From a virus (Duplodnaviria; Caudoviricetes), in IMG/VR virus record IMGVR_UViG_3300034108_000283, positions 51,897 through 115,896 of that record: 64,000 bases of DNA. One strand, given 5' to 3'. Positions 55,213 through 64,000 of the stretch are shown one piece after another. Below the pieces are notes generated by a model that made no database searches, was not told the DNA's origin, and saw only the letters and a program-made list of their open reading frames with translations. The first letter of the stretch is position 1; the number at the start of each line of letters is the position of its first letter. Made by a program: the position numbers and the translations under genes.

Positions 55213-58200
55213 TGGGCAATAGCAGAGTACTACAAAAAGCAACTAAGGAGTTAACTAAAGCCAAAGCTCCTGCAAAATCACGAGATATAATTTATGATCC
55301 TGCAGGACAGTGGAAGTTTCCTGGACAAGAGACAAGAATACCTGGTAGTGACATTACTATGCAAGGAGTACCATATCCTGTATATGCACAACCTAATGTA
55401 GGTCAACCACAGATGATGTATCCTGGACAAGATTATGTATTTCCAGGAGCAGATTATGTAGATGAATATCCACAGATGAAGAAGGGCGGTAGACCTAAAG
55501 GATTAATTCCTATGCCTAAACCTAGTAAGAAAGGTTTAGCATCTAAATCATACTCTAGAAGTTTAGATGCTACTAACAAACTATTTACTGAGAACTATTT
55601 GTTTAAGAAACCTAAAGACAGAAAAAGAAAAGTATTTGATCCTAATGCTAAGTATTATGCAGATGGTGGAGAATATGGCATGCCGTTAGGTGCAGGAGTA
55701 GCTCAGAACTTTATTGGTAACAGAGATGAATTCAAAGTAGGTGGTATACCTGAATTACCATTAAGAGATAATCAAGTCAACTATGATGCATATGTAAACA
55801 GGTTTGAGCCTAAGACAAGAATGCAAGATGGTGGAGAACAAGATGCAATGAATGCTATGATGAAAGCAAGACTTGCTTATGCTAATGAATTTGGTAATCC
55901 TGCAGCTCAAAGAATGATTAATCTTCCTGATAATCCATATCAATTTGATGATGGAAATACAGGTACTCATTACATGGCAAGTATGGATAACTATGCTGTA
56001 CCACAAATACAAGATATAAATGGTCAGTTGATGTTAGGAGACTATGGTCCAGAATCAAATGAAGCAATACAATTTGATAGACCAGAGGATGCTGAATACT
56101 TTGCAGAACATTATAAAGATGTTTCTCCAGGTTTTATAGAAGCAGAGCTTACAGATGATGAAATAGAAGAGTATAGAAAAGGTGGATACATAGTAGAAGA
56201 TGTTTCTATACCTTCATTAAACCAATATGATAAAGGTGGTAGATTTAAAAGAAGAAAAAAGAAACAAGAGGAACAAGAACAGCTAGAGTACAGACCACCT
56301 GTAGAAGTTAATGATGAAATGTATGAGTCAGTAACTCCTTTTCCGGAAGCACCAGAAGAATTTAAACAAGGTGTAGGTAACATTAAAGAGGTTGAAAAAA
56401 AAGCACAAGCTCCGGACTGGTTAAAGTTTTCTAATGAGTATGAAAAGAAAAACTCTAAGCAAGCATTCATTGATGAAAAGAAAAAAGAATATCTTAAAGG
56501 AACTAATCAAGGATTGCTTAAAGCTCAGGGTTATAATATGGAAAACTTTCCAGAGGATGTAGAAAGAAACTTTGAGAAAGCATATGACTATAAAAAGAAT
56601 AGTTTTATAGTTAAGAAACTTGGCAAGAAAGAAAAGTTTTCTCCAAACAGAAGAGGTGAATGGGTTGATGAGTTAAGTAAAAAAGAAAAAGAAATTGTAG
56701 CTAACTCTAAGTATGAAAACAAACTACAACCAAGTTATTGGTCTAGAACTTTAGCAGGACTGCAAGAACTTTACGGAGATGTTTATGCACCCGGTGTATC
56801 TAGCAGAATACCTATATCAGGCTTAACTAAAAAAGAACAAAAAGACATTCAAAATTCTAAGCTAGGAGCATTTGAAACATTAGCAGGATGGGATGCTCTA
56901 GGTGCTGTTGCGGCAAATGCATTAGAACAATCTGGTAATTCTGGTTATGGTGCAAGTTATAGAGAATCTCCAGGAATATTATCAGGAGAAAAAATGGCAG
57001 GTGTTACAGATGTACATGCTATGGCATTAAATCCTTTGAATTATACTTTACCATATGATATAGCTGCAGCAGCACCATCAATAATTAAAGGAGTAGGTAA
57101 TGTAGCTAAAACAACTGGTAAAGTATTAACAGAAACTACACCTTTAAAAAATGCTTATAAACTTAATAAAAGAGCAATAAAAGAAAGTGCTGTAGGACCA
57201 TTGGTAAGAACTGATAAACCTCATTGGGTAAAAGGATATAAGGAGCCCATTAACTCAGGAGTTATTGATATAAATGATGTAATTAAAAAAGCAACTCCGG
57301 AAGATCTGACTAAGCTTCAGTTAAAAGATCTTGAGTATAAAAATAAACTTAGAAGAAACAAGACAATGTCTCCTGAAGATATAAATGCTCTTAATAAAGA
57401 TATAGAACAGTTTGTCAGTATTGAAAAATTTGCAAAAGAAAGCAAACCTGAATGGAATCCAACTATGAGTTTTGATTCTCCAATTCAAGAAAGAAGAGCT
57501 TTTGTTGAACAAATGCAAAAAGAAGGTTTAGTAAGTAATAAACTTAGTAAACCAGCAGTAAGCAATATTGCAATAAATGAAAAGAAGTTTAATGAGTTAA
57601 CTAAAAAAGCTTTAGAAAAATTTAATGAAGGTTATAGAAATGTTGATACAAATGCAGAAACTCTTCAAAAATTAAAAGATCCTGAGATATTTAATATGTT
57701 TGATAAAGGAGTTGACATTGCAGATCCAGTTAATGTTGGAGAGTATATGGCAACCACAGTCCCGCAAGAAGCATACTACTATAGACAAGGTTTTGCAAAC
57801 AGTGGTCTTGGTAAAGAATATGATGCGTTATATTCTCACTCACTACCAAGTAATGAATTTGGTGAAAGGATGTATAAAGTAAAACTTGGAGACACAGATT
57901 TTTCTACTGGTGATTTTAAAGATTGGTATCAAAAAAACTATAAAGAAAAGATAAGAGGATATGATCCTAGTATAAGAGGTTATCATAATGAAAACATGTT
58001 TGAACCAGGAGTATTTGCACCAATAAAAGGTGATCAAGGTGCCTATAGAGTATTTACTGGTAAAAGGGGTGAGAAAGTTTTAACTGCAGATCCTACATAT
58101 AAATACCACGGTGTTAACTGGAAAGAGTTATCACCAGAGCAACAAAAGGAAATGTATGATTTCTTTAAAGCTGAAAAAAGAAATTATGAAAAAGGTTGGT

Positions 58201-58679
58201 ATGAACCTAATAGACCTGTTAAAACTGAAGTACAACCTAAAGTAACTAAAGAGCCAGAAGTTATTCCTGATGAAGAAGAATTAATAGATCTTAAAGAATT
58301 ACCTGGTTCAAGTAATAAATCTTTTATGGGTAAAGTAAAAGATTATTTTGATAGACCACCTGGACCATTAATGCTTGGTATGCCTAAAGGAGCTGTGTTT
58401 ACTAAAGAAATAAAAAACCCAGATTACTTCCTAGACTTAATGAAGATAAACAAGTATAGTGCAAAAAATAAAAAATATTTTGAAGATCTTATAGCTACTG
58501 TTAAGAGACAAGGCAATGTAGCAAGTGAAAGACAATATGATGAGTTGCAAAGACTTAAGACCGGAGACATGAACTATGGTAAAAAAGGTTATGCTAAAGG
58601 AGGTATTGTATCTGAGTTATCTAAGAAAGAAATAAAAGATCTTGTAGCACAAGGTTACATAGTAGAAGAAGTAGACTAA
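55212..58679 (+). CDS. Large virion cargo (ejection) protein
   Basis: Follows the muzzle gene; DP.GQW..PG..TRIP...ITM.GV.YPV N-terminus; many xxxGG motifs. Confidence 0.65.
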   Translation: MGNSRVLQKATKELTKAKAPAKSRDIIYDPAGQWKFPGQETRIPGSDITMQGVPYPVYAQPNVGQPQMMYPGQDYVFPGADYVDEYPQMKKGGRPKGLIPMPKPSKKGLASKSYSRSLDATNKLFTENYLFKKPKDRKRKVFDPNAKYYADGGEYGMPLGAGVAQNFIGNRDEFKVGGIPELPLRDNQVNYDAYVNRFEPKTRMQDGGEQDAMNAMMKARLAYANEFGNPAAQRMINLPDNPYQFDDGNTGTHYMASMDNYAVPQIQDINGQLMLGDYGPESNEAIQFDRPEDAEYFAEHYKDVSPGFIEAELTDDEIEEYRKGGYIVEDVSIPSLNQYDKGGRFKRRKKKQEEQEQLEYRPPVEVNDEMYESVTPFPEAPEEFKQGVGNIKEVEKKAQAPDWLKFSNEYEKKNSKQAFIDEKKKEYLKGTNQGLLKAQGYNMENFPEDVERNFEKAYDYKKNSFIVKKLGKKEKFSPNRRGEWVDELSKKEKEIVANSKYENKLQPSYWSRTLAGLQELYGDVYAPGVSSRIPISGLTKKEQKDIQNSKLGAFETLAGWDALGAVAANALEQSGNSGYGASYRESPGILSGEKMAGVTDVHAMALNPLNYTLPYDIAAAAPSIIKGVGNVAKTTGKVLTETTPLKNAYKLNKRAIKESAVGPLVRTDKPHWVKGYKEPINSGVIDINDVIKKATPEDLTKLQLKDLEYKNKLRRNKTMSPEDINALNKDIEQFVSIEKFAKESKPEWNPTMSFDSPIQERRAFVEQMQKEGLVSNKLSKPAVSNIAINEKKFNELTKKALEKFNEGYRNVDTNAETLQKLKDPEIFNMFDKGVDIADPVNVGEYMATTVPQEAYYYRQGFANSGLGKEYDALYSHSLPSNEFGERMYKVKLGDTDFSTGDFKDWYQKNYKEKIRGYDPSIRGYHNENMFEPGVFAPIKGDQGAYRVFTGKRGEKVLTADPTYKYHGVNWKELSPEQQKEMYDFFKAEKRNYEKGWYEPNRPVKTEVQPKVTKEPEVIPDEEELIDLKELPGSSNKSFMGKVKDYFDRPPGPLMLGMPKGAVFTKEIKNPDYFLDLMKINKYSAKNKKYFEDLIATVKRQGNVASERQYDELQRLKTGDMNYGKKGYAKGGIVSELSKKEIKDLVAQGYIVEEVD

Positions 58680-58737
58680 ACTTTATAAGTTTAGCCATTA
58701 ATTTAAAATTTAGTATATTTAATATATATCTTAGCAC

Positions 58738-61700
58738 ATGAAGAAAAAAGTAAGAATATATAAGTCTCCAGATGGAAACGGAAAGTATATCAATAAGACT
58801 GCACAGTTCTTAGAAAGAATGGACTATGGCGGTCAACCAAGTGTTGATGAATTAGGTTATCCAGGAGCTGTCCAAGAAACACAAACAGATCCTGCAGATG
58901 AGTTAACTCAAGTAGTTCTTAAAGACATAAATGATAACTTACCATATGAAGCATCAGTAGCAAAACTTGTTAATGCTTATGACTTAGATCCGGCTGTGGC
59001 AAATCAGTTTGTTCAACAAATATATGCTACTGTAGAATCTCAAGTTGATAAAGAAAAATCTGATGAAACAGAAGCGGAAGAAGAAGCAGAACCAAAAGAA
59101 GTAGAAGAAATAGGTAATGAAATAGTAAGAGAGAAAAAATCTATGAGTAAAATCAGAGGTAATGCTGATCTTGCTATGGAGGATAGTGGTGAAGATGATG
59201 AAGGTTTAGGTGATGAAGACATGCTGAAGTATGGAGGTATGCCAAGAAAAGATGACGGAGGAGAAGCTGATTATGTTGAAGCAATGAATAATGACCAAAC
59301 TAGTTGGCCAGCATCTGAAACTCCTATAGTCATGCCAGATGTATCTGAGTATATACCATTTGATATGAGTGATTACTTAAGTAATGATGCCGCACCAATA
59401 GCTTGGGCAGAACCTACAGATGAAGATATGTCAGTTTCAGAAGATGAATCTGATTATACTGAACCTGTTGTTAATCCTGAGGAATTTAGAATGGGTGGTT
59501 TTAAAACTAAGAAAGGATATGTTAACTCTATTCTTAAATTAGTTAAGAAATCAAATGGTGGTGACACTGAAGAACAAGATATAAAAGCATCTGATGCAGA
59601 CCCAAGAGGTGATGACTTAAGAAAGAATAGACTTGATGCTTTTGTAGGTGCTGTAAAAAGAGAAGGTAATGCATCAATTGCAAAACAAAAAGCTGAAGAA
59701 CAGTTTGAAGAAATGCAAGCTATGCATAACCAAATGATGCAAAATCCAAATCTTCAAAACTTTATACCTGAAGATTATGACAATCAAGAGTATATGCAGT
59801 TTGGTGGTCAGAGAAGAGCTATGCGTCAACTTAATAGAGCTATGAGAAGAATGCCGGTATTTCCTGGTATGTATGGACCTGTTACTAAATTTGATGTAAG
59901 AAGATCTGGTATATTTGGTAGACCAAAAGAATACTCTATTGAGTTTGGTCAAAGTCCGTTAATGCAATTAGCTGGTAATCCATTCTTATCTCAAGCATAT
60001 GGTTACGGATACAGTAAGAAAAAAACTAAAACTCCTGGTAGATTAATTACAGAAACTGTAAGAAACACAGTTAATAATAAATCTACTAAAGATGTAGCAA
60101 AGGCAACAAATTCTGAAGCTGCTAGTAAGTCAGTTAACTGGAACATGGATAACAATACTATTCCTGATAACATTCAGAGAGATCCTATTCAACCAAAAAA
60201 AACTATATTTGATAGTTGGGTAACTGATCCAAATGCAACAGCTCCGCAACAATTAGCACCAGGTAGCGGTGTATTATTAAATAATTCCATTACACCAAAT
60301 ACTACAGCTTTTACAAAGGTAAAAGGACAAACTATGCCTCCTGTATATGATGCATCCCGTATAGCATTCATGAACAAAAATAAAAAGCAACAAGGAGGAT
60401 TAGTAAACAATCCTATGCCTGATCAGTTTGGTAATCTTCAACAGTTTGTATATGGTGGTCTAGATCAATCTGACATAGATGATGTATATTCAAAAGATGT
60501 AACAGATCCTTATTTCCAATATGGTGGTTTAACCAAATATGCAGGAGATGAAGAAGGAAGTGAAACAGATGAAAATACAGATCAATATGAAGACTATAGA
60601 AAAAGAGTAGGTGATAAACTAGGTATGTCTTTAAGAGATGATCTATCTGCTAAAGAACTATTTGAAATGGGTAATAAAGCAGGTGTAGGTTTTGGTAAGA
60701 CTCCCGCTACTACACAAAAGAAAACTACAACTACACAGACTCAACAATATAATCCATATGCTTATGGTTCTGGATCTAATTCTCAAAGTTTATTTCAAAC
60801 ATACTTTCCAGCTAACTTTCCTCAGAGACATCAGTATTTAAAAAAGACTAAAGGAGCCTATAATAAAAATACTGGAGAGATGTTTAAAGGTATACCAGGA
60901 TTTAACCCATATGCTCAAGTTCAAAACATTACAGGAAAAGGAAGAAAATTTAGTGTAACATACAATACTAATCCTACTGGAAAACCTGAAGATAGAAAAT
61001 TAGCATTTGCAACACCAGGGTCTCAACAGGAACAACAAAAGCAACAAGGTATTGCTAATAAATCTACACAACCTAAAGCTGGATTTTCAAATACAGATGG
61101 ACTTTCATTTGGAGCCAAAAGACAGATCCGTCAAGGTGAAAGAGAAATGATGAGAAATGAAAGAAAAGTTGCTAGAAATCCTGAAGGTAAAGTTCCATTT
61201 ATGTTAAATGCTCCTGGAAAAGTAAATCAAGCAGGACCAACACAAAAACAATATGGTGGTGATATGGAACCATATTTACCTATAGCATTATACGGAACAG
61301 AGTCTCCAGTATCTATGGTTGATAGTCCTGTTAATAATGATCTTAGAATGCCCACTAAAAGTTCTAAAGAAGTTGGTCAACAGATGATGATGGACAGTAG
61401 AAAGAAACTAGAAGGAGAAGCTAACTATATGCCTGATGAATACACTGAAGATTACAAAGTTAAAAGTAAATGGCTTGGTGATAGACAAGGTGCTATATTA
61501 AGTGCAAATGCTGCAGTAGAAGGATTAGCAGGTGGTATAAATAGATTTAGAAATAGAAAGGCTGAAGCTAGAATGTATGATAATCTTACAGCTGATAATC
61601 TTTATGCTAAAGATCCTAGTAAAGATTCTGGTGACTATGATATTAATACAGGTCTTTATAGACCAGATGATCAAGGTCAAACATGGGGTAGTAGATCCGC

Positions 61701-61812
61701 ACAATATGGAGGAACAAGCAATTATTCTGAAGGTGATGAAGTTGAAATGACTGAAGAAGAATTAGAACAATTCCTAGCAAATGGTGGAGAAGTAGAATAC
61801 TTAAATTATTAA
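58738..61812 (+). CDS. Large, largely disordered virion cargo protein
   Basis: 1024 aa; acidic/Gln-rich with about 10 xxxGG motifs. Confidence 0.65.
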   Translation: MKKKVRIYKSPDGNGKYINKTAQFLERMDYGGQPSVDELGYPGAVQETQTDPADELTQVVLKDINDNLPYEASVAKLVNAYDLDPAVANQFVQQIYATVESQVDKEKSDETEAEEEAEPKEVEEIGNEIVREKKSMSKIRGNADLAMEDSGEDDEGLGDEDMLKYGGMPRKDDGGEADYVEAMNNDQTSWPASETPIVMPDVSEYIPFDMSDYLSNDAAPIAWAEPTDEDMSVSEDESDYTEPVVNPEEFRMGGFKTKKGYVNSILKLVKKSNGGDTEEQDIKASDADPRGDDLRKNRLDAFVGAVKREGNASIAKQKAEEQFEEMQAMHNQMMQNPNLQNFIPEDYDNQEYMQFGGQRRAMRQLNRAMRRMPVFPGMYGPVTKFDVRRSGIFGRPKEYSIEFGQSPLMQLAGNPFLSQAYGYGYSKKKTKTPGRLITETVRNTVNNKSTKDVAKATNSEAASKSVNWNMDNNTIPDNIQRDPIQPKKTIFDSWVTDPNATAPQQLAPGSGVLLNNSITPNTTAFTKVKGQTMPPVYDASRIAFMNKNKKQQGGLVNNPMPDQFGNLQQFVYGGLDQSDIDDVYSKDVTDPYFQYGGLTKYAGDEEGSETDENTDQYEDYRKRVGDKLGMSLRDDLSAKELFEMGNKAGVGFGKTPATTQKKTTTTQTQQYNPYAYGSGSNSQSLFQTYFPANFPQRHQYLKKTKGAYNKNTGEMFKGIPGFNPYAQVQNITGKGRKFSVTYNTNPTGKPEDRKLAFATPGSQQEQQKQQGIANKSTQPKAGFSNTDGLSFGAKRQIRQGEREMMRNERKVARNPEGKVPFMLNAPGKVNQAGPTQKQYGGDMEPYLPIALYGTESPVSMVDSPVNNDLRMPTKSSKEVGQQMMMDSRKKLEGEANYMPDEYTEDYKVKSKWLGDRQGAILSANAAVEGLAGGINRFRNRKAEARMYDNLTADNLYAKDPSKDSGDYDINTGLYRPDDQGQTWGSRSAQYGGTSNYSEGDEVEMTEEELEQFLANGGEVEYLNY

Positions 61813-61815
61813 CCA

Positions 61816-64000
61816 ATGAGAGTTAAAATAAAAAGATTACCGCAAGCAAGAACTGGATACCAAGTTCAAGGAGCTTTAGTAAATGATGTACCTGCAATGG
61901 GTGGTGTTGACTATAATGCATATATAGGACAAGAAAGACCTAAAGTTGGAAACACTATCAGTAAAGTACCAAGAAGCAAAGCTAATCTAGAAGCTGAAGG
62001 TGGGGAAACTGTAATAGGAAATATTGATGGTAGTGGTATGCCGTCATTCTATACTATTACAGGACCAAGACATTCTGAGGGTGGTGTACCACTTAATCTT
62101 CCGGATGACAGTTTCATCTATAGTGACACACAGTCAATGAAGATAACTGACCCTACTATTCTTAAGATGTTTAATAAACCAGCTAAGAAAGGCGGATACA
62201 CTCCGGCAGAGTTATCAAAACCATATGACTTAAATAAATTTAGAAAGATACTTCAAGATCCTGAGTCAGATGAGATAGCAAGAAACACAGCTGAGTTAAT
62301 GATTAAGAACTATACTATTAAGTTAGGAGCATTAGCATTAGCACAGGAAGCTAAGAAAGGATTCCCTCAAGGAATTCCTGAAGTTGCAAAACCTTATATG
62401 GATGCTAATAATATTAGCCCAGAACAAATTATGCCTGAACTTGCTGCACAAAAACAACAAACACAAGAACAAGCTCCAGAAGATGCAGGTCAAGAACCTA
62501 ACATAGAACCACAGGCTGAAGAAGATATGGCTGTGATGAATCCTGGAATGTCCGCTGATCAAATGGGTATGCCGCAGCAAGATATGATGATGCAGATGGG
62601 TGGTATGCCGGAACAAGACTATATGTTTCCATACTATCCTACTGAAATGGCTTATGGAGGTTATCTTCCTAAAGCTCAAGACGGAGTTACTGTAGAAGGT
62701 ATTGGAGCTTCTAAAGTTACTAAGGCTCCAACAGATGCAGGATGGCAATCAGGTAAAGTATCAGGTGCCGGATCAAAAGCACAAGGTTATTATAGAACTA
62801 CTAGAGGACAAGGTGAAAAAGTATCATGGCATACCGGTAAAGGAGGAGCATCAGAAGCATCTGTAGCATCTGGAGTCTGTAAAAAAATTGCTAAGTCAGG
62901 TAATGTAGAAAATGCAATATTAAATGCCTTTCCTGCATATCTTAAAGGAAAAAGAGAAGGTGATCCTGGATATGAAGAAGCAATGCAAGCAGCTGTTGCA
63001 AAATTATCTGCCAATCCTTTATATAAAGACTGTATTAAAAACGCTGAAGCTAAATTTGAAAAGAAAGAAGCTGTATATCTAGAACCAGAAGACACAGGTA
63101 TTGATGAGTGTGAATGTACTGATGAGGCTACAATGGAAAAATACACTGTAGGAAAAGATGAAAACGGTAACTGTCTTCCATGTACTTCTACAAAGAAAAG
63201 ATGTGAATGTCCTGATGGATCTGATCCTGGTATGGATGAGGACGGTAATTGTAATGATTGTGAATCTGAAGAAGAGGAAGAAGGTATGGGTATGCAACAA
63301 GAAAGACCAGAGCCACAATGGTGGTTACAAGATACTGTAAATACTATGGGGGCATTTGGTGATCTTATGAGTACTAAGAAATATATGCCATGGGAGGCAA
63401 GAGTTGATCTTGAAGAACCAAGACCTACATTCTTAGATCCTAGTAGAGAGCTAGCTAAACAATCTGAGGACGCTAACATTGCTGCACAAGCTAGTGCCCA
63501 ATTTGCCGGACCACAAGCTTTAGGAGCTAGACTTTCTGCAATACAAGGTCAAGGAGCTGCTGCTGCCGCAAACACATTATCTAACATTAATAATCAGAAT
63601 GTTAACATTGCTAATCAGTTTGAAGCTAATCAAGTTGGTGTAAGAAACCAAGAAAATATGCTTAATCAACAAATGGCCAATAGAGTATATGATAAAAACA
63701 CTATTGCTAATCAACAGTTTGATAATGCTATCAGACAAGGTAGAGCTAACTTAAGACAAGCTTACAATACAGCTGTTACTAATAAGTGGAAGACAGATGC
63801 ATTGAATCAGTTATATCCTAACTATCAAACACTTGCTGGTCCTGGAGGTAAAGTAATTTATACTCCAACTGAAAAACAACTTACTCCTGAAAAACCAGGA
63901 GCAACTGAAGCAGAATACTACAAAGATTTGTTAGCAGCTGGATTGAAAGAAGATGTAGCAGGTAAATTAGTAATAGATAAGTTTAAGTCTAAAAAAGGCG
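61816..64000 (+). CDS. Virion cargo protein, 3' truncated by the window (not in the ORF track)
   Basis: Open frame from MRVKIKRLPQARTG to the window end; ANLEAEGGETV and GPRHSEGGVP motifs. Confidence 0.75.
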   Translation, partial: MRVKIKRLPQARTGYQVQGALVNDVPAMGGVDYNAYIGQERPKVGNTISKVPRSKANLEAEGGETVIGNIDGSGMPSFYTITGPRHSEGGVPLNLPDDSFIYSDTQSMKITDPTILKMFNKPAKKGGYTPAELSKPYDLNKFRKILQDPESDEIARNTAELMIKNYTIKLGALALAQEAKKGFPQGIPEVAKPYMDANNISPEQIMPELAAQKQQTQEQAPEDAGQEPNIEPQAEEDMAVMNPGMSADQMGMPQQDMMMQMGGMPEQDYMFPYYPTEMAYGGYLPKAQDGVTVEGIGASKVTKAPTDAGWQSGKVSGAGSKAQGYYRTTRGQGEKVSWHTGKGGASEASVASGVCKKIAKSGNVENAILNAFPAYLKGKREGDPGYEEAMQAAVAKLSANPLYKDCIKNAEAKFEKKEAVYLEPEDTGIDECECTDEATMEKYTVGKDENGNCLPCTSTKKRCECPDGSDPGMDEDGNCNDCESEEEEEGMGMQQERPEPQWWLQDTVNTMGAFGDLMSTKKYMPWEARVDLEEPRPTFLDPSRELAKQSEDANIAAQASAQFAGPQALGARLSAIQGQGAAAAANTLSNINNQNVNIANQFEANQVGVRNQENMLNQQMANRVYDKNTIANQQFDNAIRQGRANLRQAYNTAVTNKWKTDALNQLYPNYQTLAGPGGKVIYTPTEKQLTPEKPGATEAEYYKDLLAAGLKEDVAGKLVIDKFKSKKG

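Noticed and set aside
62338-63479. Minus-strand ORFs in the track (62338, 62790, 63079) and similar antisense ORFs elsewhere, e.g. 8536, 32919, 34111-35411, 38559
   Set aside because: They are shadows of long plus-strand genes; here the real gene is the open frame from 61816 to the window end.
8366-64000. Stop-codon reassignment as seen in some Crassvirales
   Set aside because: All core genes are intact in code 11, and TAG and TGA act as real stops at gene junctions.

Overview
This is an AT-rich, gene-dense phage segment with Crassvirales (crAss-like) architecture, most likely infecting an environmental Bacteroidota/Flavobacterium-type host. It uses the standard genetic code, with no sign of stop-codon recoding. 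Positions 1-7950 (minus strand) hold small early-type genes; from about 4400 to 7950 they form an array of promoter-ORF-terminator cassettes sharing a CARCTTYTATTG motif, and a structured non-coding region lies at about 3840-4380. A non-coding switch point occupies about 7950-8260. Positions 8260-64000 (plus strand) hold accessory genes (zincin, Acb2/Tad1-like, GroES-like, DUF3310), fibre/spike genes, a lysis cassette containing a PAS-PAS-coiled coil-2TM protein, a nuclease, terminase, portal, probable scaffold, major capsid protein, a cluster of Lys-rich small proteins, ring/muzzle tail proteins and large cargo-type proteins running off the right edge. The most interesting observations are: (1) a chemoreceptor-type PAS sensor fused to holin-like TM helices inside the lysis module; (2) several stem-loop-plus-terminator units whose loops are complementary to translation-initiation sequences of the phage's own genes; (3) the early cassette array and its ncRNA; (4) a recurring xxxGG motif in putative capsid-internal proteins; (5) an endonuclease VII insertion that duplicated the end of its host gene. 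All functional calls come from reading motifs and synteny by eye; no searches were run.
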